Shown: piece by piece, positions 1 to 7,803 of the stretch
Position numbering within the stretch: position 1 is the first letter of the stretch
How the letters are laid out: the number at the start of each line of letters is the position of its first letter
Translations under genes and position numbers: made by a program
Notes under the pieces: model-generated
What the model saw: the letters and a program-made list of their open reading frames with translations, nothing else
Told to the model about the DNA's origin: nothing
The model's database searches: none
Source: Candidatus Parcubacteria bacterium
GTDB lineage: Bacteria; Patescibacteriota; Minisyncoccia; Phycocordibacterales; UBA918
DNA length: 60,603 nucleotides
Assembly: GCA_021767645.1 (NCBI GenBank)
Contig: JAASSY010000001.1
Location: forward strand, 1-60,603
Direction of reading: 5' to 3'

Positions 1-31
1 GCGGCGCGAGCGACGCTCGCGCCGCTTTTTT
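1..31 (+). terminator. Rho-independent terminator hairpin
   Basis: Inverted repeat GCGGCGCGAG / CTCGCGCCGC (1-10 / 16-25) followed by TTTTTT (26-31). Presumably ends a + strand gene upstream of the window. Confidence 0.6.
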
Positions 32-36
32 CACTC

Positions 37-660
37 CTACCGCATCATCTCTTCTCGAACACCGACTTTATCGACAATAATTTCGTGCGGGTAGTCAAAC
101 ACATCGCGTGTGAGCTTATCGTACATGCCCACTCGGTACAGCAAGTCTTCCGTAGTAAACGCCGCGAAACGGATCTCAATTCCTAGCTCAGCCTCAAGTG
201 ATCGTATCGCGTTCTCAATTTTATTCTCTGGCAAATTCTTCATCGCTACCAATACATCAAGCCGTTGCTCAAAGTCACGCACAAATACCCCAGCGATGCA
301 GACGAAGTCAAGCTTCCCTGCCTTCCGTAAGTGCCGCAAGACAGTCTTGCCATTAATCGGTGCGGTCTCAAAGAGGAAGGTCTGCAGGGCTTGCAGCTCC
401 GGAGATTTTTTATCGAGCGTGTAGCCTTGTACTTTCACTTTCTTGTCGGTTCCCTCTTTGGTTTGATAGAAGGTCTTTTTCTTAATGATACCGGCTTTTT
501 CAAGTGCGGTAATTTCAGTCCGAGCCGTGCGTCGTACTAGTTTCGCTCGGCGAGAGATCTCGTCAAACGTGAAGTCTTTGGAGGGATTAAAGAGGAAGAA
601 GCGAAGGAGTTTCACCCGTGCCGGACTTCCAAACAGAATTGCCAGTGGATCAGTCGCCAT
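37..660 (-). CDS. Hypothetical winged-helix DNA-binding protein with C-terminal domain of unknown function
   Basis: 207-aa ORF. N-terminal wHTH-like segment (ARVKLLRFFLFNP..FDEISRRAKL..TEITALEKAGII). No named family recognised. Confidence 0.6.
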   Translation of the reverse strand: MATDPLAILFGSPARVKLLRFFLFNPSKDFTFDEISRRAKLVRRTARTEITALEKAGIIKKKTFYQTKEGTDKKVKVQGYTLDKKSPELQALQTFLFETAPINGKTVLRHLRKAGKLDFVCIAGVFVRDFEQRLDVLVAMKNLPENKIENAIRSLEAELGIEIRFAAFTTEDLLYRVGMYDKLTRDVFDYPHEIIVDKVGVREEMMR

Positions 661-801
661 AATCGTTTCGTGTTTCGGAGTATAGCACAGTGAAGCTTCC
701 TACCAACTGGACAAAGAAAATATGAAGTGTTCTGAATAGTCCACCTTGAGACGGACACACGACCTGTGCTATACATAGGCCCGGAACTACAGGAGTACCT
801 T

Positions 802-972
802 ATGGCTGAACACAACGAACCCAAAACCGCTGACACCTCCTTGGGACAGATGACCTACCAAGACATGCAGAATCGTTCCTGGGAGCTCATCGATCGTATT
901 TTGCACGAAGAAGCCACCGAAGAAGACTGCGCAGAATACGACGCACTTCTGAGGCAAATGGACCAATTGTAA
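802..972 (+). CDS. Small acidic hypothetical protein (56 aa)
   Basis: ATG at 802 is preceded by AGGAG (791-795). The ORF is followed by the terminator at 994-1021. The ORF-track start at 766 is a GTG without an SD. Confidence 0.45.
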   Translation: MAEHNEPKTADTSLGQMTYQDMQNRSWELIDRILHEEATEEDCAEYDALLRQMDQL

Positions 973-993
973 GCACTCTCTGCGTCCGCCCCA

Positions 994-1021
994 ACCCGCT
1001 GCTAAACGGCAGCGGGTTTTT
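994..1021 (+). terminator. Rho-independent terminator
   Basis: ACCCGCTGC (994-1002) pairs with GCAGCGGGT (1009-1017), followed by a T-run to 1021. Confidence 0.7.
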
Positions 1022-1292
1022 CAGATAATATTTTTCGTCACCTCCCACCCCGACTGCGGCCCTGGCGCAACCATCAACCCAAATGAAAACACGCAGGCAC
1101 TGCCTATGTGTTTTCGAAAATAATTACAGTCGTAATTATTTAAGGTTTACAGTCTCCCAAGTTACTGAGTATATTATTTCGCCATGCTCATAATCTACTA
1201 AGTACTCGTGAGCTCGGCTCGCTGGTTCGTCGCTCTAGGAAGGAGCTTCTCACATCGCTGCGCCTCTACAGTAAATCTTAAGATTTGTTGCC

Positions 1293-1329
1293 AAAATGAA
1301 AACGCGGAGCAAGTCCGCGTTTTCATTTT
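1293..1329. terminator. Bidirectional terminator downstream of rplL
   Basis: AAAATGAAAACGCGGA (1293-1308) / TCCGCGTTTTCATTTT (1314-1329), a perfect 16-bp stem with A/T-rich flanks on both strands. Confidence 0.8.
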
Positions 1330-1341
1330 GGGCTAGAAAAT

Positions 1342-1884
1342 CTATTTAAGATTTACTGTAGCTCCAGCTTCTTCGAGCTTCGCTTTAAGCTCTTCAGCAT
1401 CTTCTTTCTTCGCACCTTCCTTCACGACTGCTGGAGCGCCGTCCACCATCTCCTTAGCCTCCTTGAGACCAAGACCGAGGGCTTCCTTCACTGCCTTGAT
1501 AACAGCGATCTTCTGACCACCAGCTTCCGCGAGCTCAACGTCGAACTCGTCTTTCTCGTCTTCGCCACCAGCGTCACCGCCAGCACCGCCACCAGCGACT
1601 GCTACTGCAGCAGCTGATACACCGAAGCGCTTCTCGAGCACCTTCACCAGTTCGTGAAGCTCAAGTACGGTCATGTTCTCGACTTGCTCAACGAGTGTCT
1701 TGAACTGCTCTGGCACCTCAACTGACTCATCAACGTCAGAATCTGTTGATTCTTCAGCTGCTTCTTCCTTGGTTTCTTCCGCTGCTGGAGCAGCCTCTTC
1801 TTTTGTTTCTTCAGCTGCTTCGGGAGCGGCTGTTTCTTCGGTAGTAGTTTCTTCTACTGCCTGTGTCTCTTTTTCGTCTGTCAT
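1342..1884 (-). CDS. rplL: 50S ribosomal protein L7/L12 with acidic N-terminal extension
   Basis: The C-terminal ~125 aa match L7/L12 ([19 protein letters not shown], Gly/Ala hinge, [37 protein letters not shown]). About 48 extra E/T/A-rich residues precede this. Confidence 0.95.
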   Translation of the reverse strand: MTDEKETQAVEETTTEETAAPEAAEETKEEAAPAAEETKEEAAEESTDSDVDESVEVPEQFKTLVEQVENMTVLELHELVKVLEKRFGVSAAAVAVAGGGAGGDAGGEDEKDEFDVELAEAGGQKIAVIKAVKEALGLGLKEAKEMVDGAPAVVKEGAKKEDAEELKAKLEEAGATVNLK

Positions 1885-1998
1885 GCTTAGATTTCTTATG
1901 AGCGTAAGCGAATTAGCAAATCTTAGCCATCTTGAGAGGTGTTATACCTAATACACCTCGGAGATGAACTAATGCTAATTCACCACAAATTTTAATAA

Positions 1999-2487
1999 TT
2001 ATGCACTGCGTTTATCAGCAATCGCATTGGTAACGATAGCCAATCCTTGGATTGGAGAGTTAATGACATTCACGAACATACCGCGCAGCACTGGTAGTGG
2101 TGGGATAGACGCAATTTCAGTCATTTCTGCCTGGTCTTTGTAGACGCCCTGGAAGATACCGCCCACGATGTTGACCTGGTCTTTGAACTTGCCGGCAAAC
2201 TCTTTGATGTTTTGTGCTGGTGCAATCGCGTCAGTGCTGTACGCTACAGCGATTTCACCATCGAGGGTTGGCATCTCACCTTCAAACGCACCGTCGAAGG
2301 CTCGTTTGATGAGAGTTTTCTTGGCCACAAAGTAGCCTACTCCTTCCTCGCGTAGCTTCGCTCGCATTTCGACAGTATCGTTACCGCCGAGCTGAGAGAA
2401 GTTTACAAATACAATCGAGTCGCTCGTACTTTTGATGTCAGCGAGCTTTGCCAGAATGTCTTCTTTCTTTTCTTTTGTAATGGCCAC
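1999..2487 (-). CDS. rplJ: 50S ribosomal protein L10
   Basis: 162 aa with typical L10 sequence (FVNFSQLGGNDTVEMRAKLREEGVGYFVAKKTLIKRA). Lies immediately upstream of rplL. Confidence 0.9.
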   Translation of the reverse strand: MAITKEKKEDILAKLADIKSTSDSIVFVNFSQLGGNDTVEMRAKLREEGVGYFVAKKTLIKRAFDGAFEGEMPTLDGEIAVAYSTDAIAPAQNIKEFAGKFKDQVNIVGGIFQGVYKDQAEMTEIASIPPLPVLRGMFVNVINSPIQGLAIVTNAIADKRSA

Positions 2488-2672
2488 AGTAAATGTACTT
2501 TACCTGGATAACTATCAGACCCTAACGTTTAGGGTTCGACCTCCAAATCATGAGAAATGGACCTCGGCTGGCGCAGAAACCTGCTTTACTGAGAAGCCTT
2601 TACGCTTCTCGACCAACTGTCATGAGTCTGACGCTCGCTACTATAGCAGAGACGTCCTAAATGTAAACCTCC
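2488..2672 (-). promoter_or_regulatory. Candidate rplJ 5' leader / promoter region
   Basis: ~185-nt ORF-free region upstream of rplJ with hairpins on the - strand, e.g. GAGAAGC-gtaaag-GCTTCTC and ACCCTAA-cg-TTAGGGT. L10 leaders are common in bacteria, but no consensus match was verified. Confidence 0.3.
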
Positions 2673-2693
2673 TCCCTAGGTCCGACCTAGGGA
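2673..2693. repeat. CCTAGG-type palindromic (REP-like) element, copy 1
   Basis: TCCCTAGG-tccga-CCTAGGGA. The same motif occurs at 3709-3730 and twice at 7677-7722. Confidence 0.7.
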
Positions 2694-2748
2694 GATGTTT
2701 GTGTACAAGGGTGATTGGCTCGCTCTTGTAGTACGGTACTATGAGGTT

Positions 2749-3135
2749 ATGACAACCGACCCGCAACACTTGCTCCCGGCCCACACTCCGTTTTATAAGA
2801 AACTCTTTTTTTCAAACCTGCTTTTGAGTATTTTGGTGGGAATCAATATTTTGTATGGATTAGTATTTGTGTATGGTTTTGAGAGTTTATCAATAGAAAA
2901 TGCCCTATATTTACTATTTCTTTCGAGCGGAGGTGGTACCCTAGCCATAATGTCAGGACTGTTTTTTAACTATCAACTTAATAACCTACTTTTAACTACT
3001 ATATATGCGTTATTCCTTATAATAGCTTTTGTAAATAATAAATATAATTACAGTGTCTCTATTTATTTAATGACTATTATATATCTTATGTTATCTATTG
3101 GCGGCATTACGCTAATAGCAATTATTGGTTACTGA
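2749..3135 (+). CDS. MTTDPQH-family small multi-TM membrane protein, paralog 1
   Basis: ATG at 2749 (gaggtt precedes it). Starts with the N-terminus MTTDPQHLLPAHTPFYK shared with three downstream ORFs, followed by an AT-rich hydrophobic body. The ORF-track start at 2695 lies in the conserved upstream DNA. Confidence 0.7.
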   Translation: MTTDPQHLLPAHTPFYKKLFFSNLLLSILVGINILYGLVFVYGFESLSIENALYLLFLSSGGGTLAIMSGLFFNYQLNNLLLTTIYALFLIIAFVNNKYNYSVSIYLMTIIYLMLSIGGITLIAIIGY

Positions 3136-3297
3136 TAATTTCCTAACAAAATATCATTCTAAATATCTAATTAAAATTCTGTTTTAGAAAGTAAAGTGTT
3201 TGTTATGCTGTGATTAATATGTGCATCATTAGCATACTTTGCCCGCAAAGCGGTCTATTACTGAATAGCCCCGAATATCTTGTCTCTATGAAAAGTT

Positions 3298-3693
3298 ATG
3301 ACAACCGACCCTCAACATCTCCTGCCGGCCTACACTCCGTTTTATAAGACGAGGAAGTTTTGGTTAATCTTGGCTTCTCTGTTTTTCTTAGTTAATATCC
3401 TCATTCTAATTTCTGCTCCAGGAGTTGATGGGAATACTATTTTTTTCTTAAATGAGTTTGCTTTTGCAGCTGGCTCGGGACTGTATGTTCTCTCGTTGGG
3501 TATTTTTAATTCACAATTATCTACAAGCTCAATGATCAGTCTCCTATATCTGATTATGGCTGTGTTTATGCTAAAGAAAGTTTGCAGTAGTAAAAAAATT
3601 CTTTGGTCAGCTTTATTATTTTTTCACATTTTCATCAGTTGTCTGATTCTCATTGGAATTTATTTATATTTACAAGGAACAGCACCTTTTTAG
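3298..3693 (+). CDS. MTTDPQH-family small multi-TM membrane protein, paralog 2
   Basis: 131 aa. MTTDPQHLLPAYTPFYKTRKFW followed by divergent hydrophobic segments. Confidence 0.7.
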   Translation: MTTDPQHLLPAYTPFYKTRKFWLILASLFFLVNILILISAPGVDGNTIFFLNEFAFAAGSGLYVLSLGIFNSQLSTSSMISLLYLIMAVFMLKKVCSSKKILWSALLFFHIFISCLILIGIYLYLQGTAPF

Positions 3694-3708
3694 AAAAAAT
3701 ATAAAGCA

Positions 3709-3730
3709 CCCCCAGGTCGGACCTAGGGGA
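3709..3730. repeat. CCTAGG-type palindromic element, degenerate copy, inverted loop
   Basis: CCCCCAGG-tcgga-CCTAGGGGA. Followed by ~55 nt that are conserved with the region upstream of paralog 1. Confidence 0.6.
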
Positions 3731-3785
3731 GAGGTTTGTGTACAAGGGTGACTGGCTCACTCACTTGGTGCGGTACTATTAATAT

Positions 3786-4166
3786 ATGACAACCGACCCT
3801 CAACACCCCCTTCCAGCCCACACTCCGTTTTATAAAACGAGGAGGTTTTTAAAATCTGTATTATTTCTCATTTTTATATTTTCTTTATTTGTCTTCTATT
3901 TTATTTTCTTGCCAAATATTAACTCTCCAGAAGACTTGATCATATATATTTCTGCGGCATTAGGTAGTTCAAGTTTGTACTTTTTACTAGGTATCTCACC
4001 TTACTACAGCTCTCTTTTAGTATCAGCTTTATATTTAGTTGGATTCGTTACAGCTAACCTATTGTTTTTTTATAAAAGACGACCTCCTCTATTTGTGTTA
4101 CTAATGATACTTTTCTTTTTTGGAATTGGTAACTTTATAAATATTATAATTGCAGGAATTTCTTAA
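3786..4166 (+). CDS. MTTDPQH-family small multi-TM membrane protein, paralog 3
   Basis: 126 aa. MTTDPQHPLPAHTPFYKTRRF followed by a divergent AT-rich hydrophobic body. The ATG is directly preceded by cggtactattaatat. Confidence 0.7.
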   Translation: MTTDPQHPLPAHTPFYKTRRFLKSVLFLIFIFSLFVFYFIFLPNINSPEDLIIYISAALGSSSLYFLLGISPYYSSLLVSALYLVGFVTANLLFFYKRRPPLFVLLMILFFFGIGNFINIIIAGIS

Positions 4167-4237
4167 TTAAAATAAAAAGGTTGTTTTAATTTATTTCATA
4201 TAATTTGCTCACCCACCTGATACGGTACTATTAATAT

Positions 4238-4624
4238 ATGACAACCGACCCTCAACATCTCCTGCCGGCCCACACACCGTTTTATAAAACACGGAAATTT
4301 TGGTTAACTATTCTATTAATAGCATTTACGGTAAATGTCTATCTCTATTTTGTATACATAAGTGGCTCATTACCTGATAATATTGAAGATTTTTACCACT
4401 TCATTAATTCTATTCTTGGTGGAACCTTATTCCTTTTACTTGGAAACAGTATTGCTGGAAAATTCGGTTATTATCTTGGAGGATTTGTATATATATTTTT
4501 ACTTTGTTTGCTCTTATACAAGAGTCTTAAATTAAAAAAAGTGAAAATGATTTATCCAATAATCACGCTCTCTTTCTTAATTTTAAATTTTTATACATAC
4601 TTTCTCTTTTCAGATTTTACTTGA
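4238..4624 (+). CDS. MTTDPQH-family small multi-TM membrane protein, paralog 4
   Basis: 128 aa. MTTDPQHLLPAHTPFYKTRKFW followed by a divergent body. The same cggtactattaatat box abuts the ATG. Confidence 0.7.
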   Translation: MTTDPQHLLPAHTPFYKTRKFWLTILLIAFTVNVYLYFVYISGSLPDNIEDFYHFINSILGGTLFLLLGNSIAGKFGYYLGGFVYIFLLCLLLYKSLKLKKVKMIYPIITLSFLILNFYTYFLFSDFT

Positions 4625-4644
4625 ATGAAAAATATTGGATCTGA

Positions 4645-7047
4645 TTAGGCTGATGACAATATTATTTTAAGTTCTTTGAGCAGAGCTTGAATGTCATTTT
4701 TTTCATCCTTAGTAAAAGATTGACTGCTAATCATATCTTTTAGACGAGCCACTGCCTGTTCGAGATCACGCAGATTTTCTTCGGTTATATCCCTGGAAAC
4801 ACTGACGCCTGCCACGCGTTGTAACTGTCGCTGCTGCCACACATCACGAGGGTAGGCAGCTTGACTGGTTGACTCAGTCACCTGCCCTATCTCTTCCAGG
4901 TTTGGTTGCTCTGGCTGATTTGTAACTTCATCAGTATCAGTAGTAGTGCTCGTTTCAGCTAGTGTTTCCTCATCACTTTCTGGAGCTGCCGTCGTGTACC
5001 CTAGACCGTAGCGTGAGAAGTGGTCGGTTTCTATCCAAACCATCTCTTCTGCTGTGTCGACTGTTGACGAGACCATACTCCACGAACCAGTTTCCGGACT
5101 GAAGAACAAGCCGGTGAGAGTAGCTGGTGTGATGTCTAACTCTTCTAGTAATGCAGTATCATACGGCAGACCGAACAGGGTGTTGAACGTACCATTCTCT
5201 AAGTTAGTACTAATATCCCAGAACGTCGGCAGCACGTTCACTCCTTCTGGCGCTTGCCCAGACACAGGCTCGGTGTGTGGTTCGACTGTTATTTCTGCAC
5301 CCTCTGGCACCGGATTATCAAAGGAGAACGATAGCAGCCCGACAAACAAATCTTTAGTTTTCTCCCGTATATTTTTCCGACTAATTCCATCAATGCCCGC
5401 CCATTCGATAGGATTAGCAAAACGTGTCTGACCAGTCAGGTCTATAAAGGCCGGCCCTTGGGGACCATCGCCGCCAATTTGTATTGTATCTACTCCCCAG
5501 AGCCCTTGATAATCGTTAAGGATATTATATTCAGCCACTTTCATTTCATAGCTGACTAACTTAGTTCCATTTTTGGAGACAATTTCATTTTTTTGTAATG
5601 GTATGTTTTTTATTCCATTTCCCACGATAGAGTAATTTGCATGAGAACCTAATGCCACGTAACTCACCACACTATCACCGTCTGTCTCAACCTCCTCACT
5701 ACCCCACTGACGACGGACTGAGCCGTACTGTTTGACGTTGTACCACTCGGCTTGGCCATCATTAAGGTGGGCCGAGTATGCCACATACTCCGGCCTTTCG
5801 GTCGCCTTATCGAGAAAAACGAAAACCGACTCCCAGTCTCCTTCGTGATCATTAAAACCACCCTGCTCACCCCAATTGTTCATAGCGTAGAAGAACCAGT
5901 ACTGTAAGACGATAAACTCATGTTCCTCTCCTTCGTTGTCGACGTAGCTATCTTCCATTTTGTGCACATAGACAGTGGAAGTAGCAGCACCGCTGTCGAC
6001 CAGGCTTTGGTAGGTGGCGTAGGCGTTTGCTAAGTCGAAGGAGCCAGCGGTATCTCCATCACTAAACGCGAGATAGTGATCGGTAGTATCATTGGTTTCA
6101 ATATAGTCAGTAAGCGTCTCTACGGTGAGCTCGTCGGCGGTATAGAGCTGCGTGTCAGAACCGCTACCGTCCCACAGGGCACTAGCCTCAATAAACGGCT
6201 CGACGTTCATCGGGAAGTACTGCTCGTCTTCATGAAACTGCAGTGTCGGTGCGTACTGCAGCAAGAGTGGGTCGATCGGTTCTGGTTCTGGTTCAAACGG
6301 TGGAATGTCAGCTGTTTCGAGTGTAAAGGTAACACTACGCACAGCAGGGTCTTGGCCACACGCTGCAGCGTGAGCAATTGCTGGACGTAACCACTCTGGC
6401 CACCACGAGTGCGCACCATGGCTAACACACAGTACAACTTCTGTAGAAACCAGTGTATACGTACCAACCGGAATCGGTGCATACCGAGTACGACTATACG
6501 CTGGTTGGGAAAATTGACCGATGGCTGCAAACACAGTTTGCGCTTCAGGAGAGAGGTCACTTGGTGGCATAACCCCTTCTATCACCGCAACCACCTCATC
6601 GAGCACTGGGCCAAGTGGTTCCTGGTACCGTTGCCAAGCCAGGGCTTTGATTTCAGTAGCAGTTGGTGGAGCCATTGACTGCTCCGACAGTGCCACTTCT
6701 TCGTAGCCAGCTGGAGTGTGGCGGTAGAGGGTTGGTGTGTAGGTGGAGTCGTCAGCACCGAGGTTGAGTAGCGCAGTCGTCGTCCCGCGTATCCCCATAG
6801 TACCGTCAGGCTCGACCAAAGCGCCGTCGACGCGTACTACGGCAGGCACATCAGTACTAACACCAAATGGGTTGTTGCAGTCTTCAATCGCCACCGCTTC
6901 TCCGTCCAAATTAGTGATGGAGCCACACGCAGCCGCTTGAGACGGAGCAAATAAAAGAAAAAGCACCGCTAAAGCAGCGCTGCTACACCCCACCACCCCG
7001 TGGAATCGTTTACTTTTTGGTAACTGACTCGCTTTCGTATTTGGCAT
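4645..7047 (-). CDS. Secreted protein with Vps62/DUF946-like domain
   Basis: Signal-peptide-like N-terminus (SSAALAVLFLLFAPSQAAAC). The central region resembles the Vps62 family (LQFHEDEQYFPMNVEPFI, LQYWFFYAMNNWG..NDHEGDWESVFVFL, YSAHLNDG..ALGSHANY, GDGPQGP). The start may instead be the in-frame GTG at 6996, which would avoid the 38-nt overlap with 7010-7501. Confidence 0.8.
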   Translation of the reverse strand: MPNTKASQLPKSKRFHGVVGCSSAALAVLFLLFAPSQAAACGSITNLDGEAVAIEDCNNPFGVSTDVPAVVRVDGALVEPDGTMGIRGTTTALLNLGADDSTYTPTLYRHTPAGYEEVALSEQSMAPPTATEIKALAWQRYQEPLGPVLDEVVAVIEGVMPPSDLSPEAQTVFAAIGQFSQPAYSRTRYAPIPVGTYTLVSTEVVLCVSHGAHSWWPEWLRPAIAHAAACGQDPAVRSVTFTLETADIPPFEPEPEPIDPLLLQYAPTLQFHEDEQYFPMNVEPFIEASALWDGSGSDTQLYTADELTVETLTDYIETNDTTDHYLAFSDGDTAGSFDLANAYATYQSLVDSGAATSTVYVHKMEDSYVDNEGEEHEFIVLQYWFFYAMNNWGEQGGFNDHEGDWESVFVFLDKATERPEYVAYSAHLNDGQAEWYNVKQYGSVRRQWGSEEVETDGDSVVSYVALGSHANYSIVGNGIKNIPLQKNEIVSKNGTKLVSYEMKVAEYNILNDYQGLWGVDTIQIGGDGPQGPAFIDLTGQTRFANPIEWAGIDGISRKNIREKTKDLFVGLLSFSFDNPVPEGAEITVEPHTEPVSGQAPEGVNVLPTFWDISTNLENGTFNTLFGLPYDTALLEELDITPATLTGLFFSPETGSWSMVSSTVDTAEEMVWIETDHFSRYGLGYTTAAPESDEETLAETSTTTDTDEVTNQPEQPNLEEIGQVTESTSQAAYPRDVWQQRQLQRVAGVSVSRDITEENLRDLEQAVARLKDMISSQSFTKDEKNDIQALLKELKIILSSA

Positions 7048-7501
7048 ATTCCGCCTTGTGCCCTAGTAAGTTTGCTCCTATTTGTACCATACTTGCTAGC
7101 GAAGAAACAGCCAGCAGCAGTACCGGGAAGTAGGCGTACGGCGTCAGGAGGTAGAAGAACGCGACCGAAGCAGTAGCCCACATACCAAAGCACCACGGGC
7201 AACTAAGAAGCGTGACGATGGTCCGCCGTGGACCACGCTCGGGCTTGTGCAGCGTGACTTTGGTCTTGAGTACCTTGGCATCGTAAAACTGCTCGCGGAA
7301 CCACTTCGTGACGTGGTCGTACACAAAGAGACGCACGAGCCGCTGTGACGCGAGGGTGATGAGCACCACATCAAGCCAGGTGAGGTCAGCCGGTGCAAGT
7401 CGGGCTTCTGTATCGAGAATAAGCAACCCCATACCCACTAGCACGAGGAAAAACACGCTAAAGACAAAGTTCCAAAAGTACTGGTCAGTGATACGGATCA
7501 T
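7010..7501 (-). CDS. Integral membrane protein, DUF1360-like
   Basis: 163 aa with several TM segments and a CPWCFGMW motif, as in DUF1360 proteins. GGGGAG lies upstream of the ATG. Confidence 0.6.
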   Translation of the reverse strand: MIRITDQYFWNFVFSVFFLVLVGMGLLILDTEARLAPADLTWLDVVLITLASQRLVRLFVYDHVTKWFREQFYDAKVLKTKVTLHKPERGPRRTIVTLLSCPWCFGMWATASVAFFYLLTPYAYFPVLLLAVSSLASMVQIGANLLGHKAEYAKYESESVTKK

Positions 7502-7510
7502 ACTCCCCTA

Positions 7511-7615
7511 CTAGCTCGCTACCACACCTACCACCAAGACCAGCGTGAGCGTGACAGCAATCACTCCCACGAAGCCAAAGAAGAAACGGTAGAACGTGCG
7601 GTTTAAAAGCTTCAT
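7511..7615 (-). CDS. Small membrane peptide (34 aa), not in ORF track
   Basis: Translated by hand as MKLLNRTFYRFFFGFVGVIAVTLTLVLVVGVVAS. The stop lies 9 nt before the start of 7010-7501, so an operon arrangement is plausible. Confidence 0.4.
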   Translation of the reverse strand: MKLLNRTFYRFFFGFVGVIAVTLTLVLVVGVVAS

Positions 7616-7676
7616 AGTTCCTTTAGTATAGCAAACCAAACTAGAGACTGTGTGCCTAATAACCACACGTACATTT

Positions 7677-7722
7677 CCCTAGGTCCGCCCTAGGGATATT
7701 TTTCCCTAGGGCGGACCTAGGG
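7677..7722. repeat. Double CCTAGG-type palindromic element (two inverted copies)
   Basis: CCCTAGGTCCGCCCTAGGG (7677-7695) and its exact reverse complement (7704-7722), separated by atattttt. Confidence 0.8.
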
Positions 7723-7742
7723 GAAATAAATTGGTGGACAGC

Positions 7743-7768
7743 AAAAAAGCCCCCGAAGGGGCTTTTTT
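7743..7768. terminator. Bidirectional terminator
   Basis: AAAAAAGCCCC-cgaa-GGGGCTTTTTT, lying between the 3' end of 7804-9807 and the upstream operon. Confidence 0.8.
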
Positions 7769-7803
7769 GCTGGTTGAGAATGATTCTCAGTACACTAGTT
7801 AGA

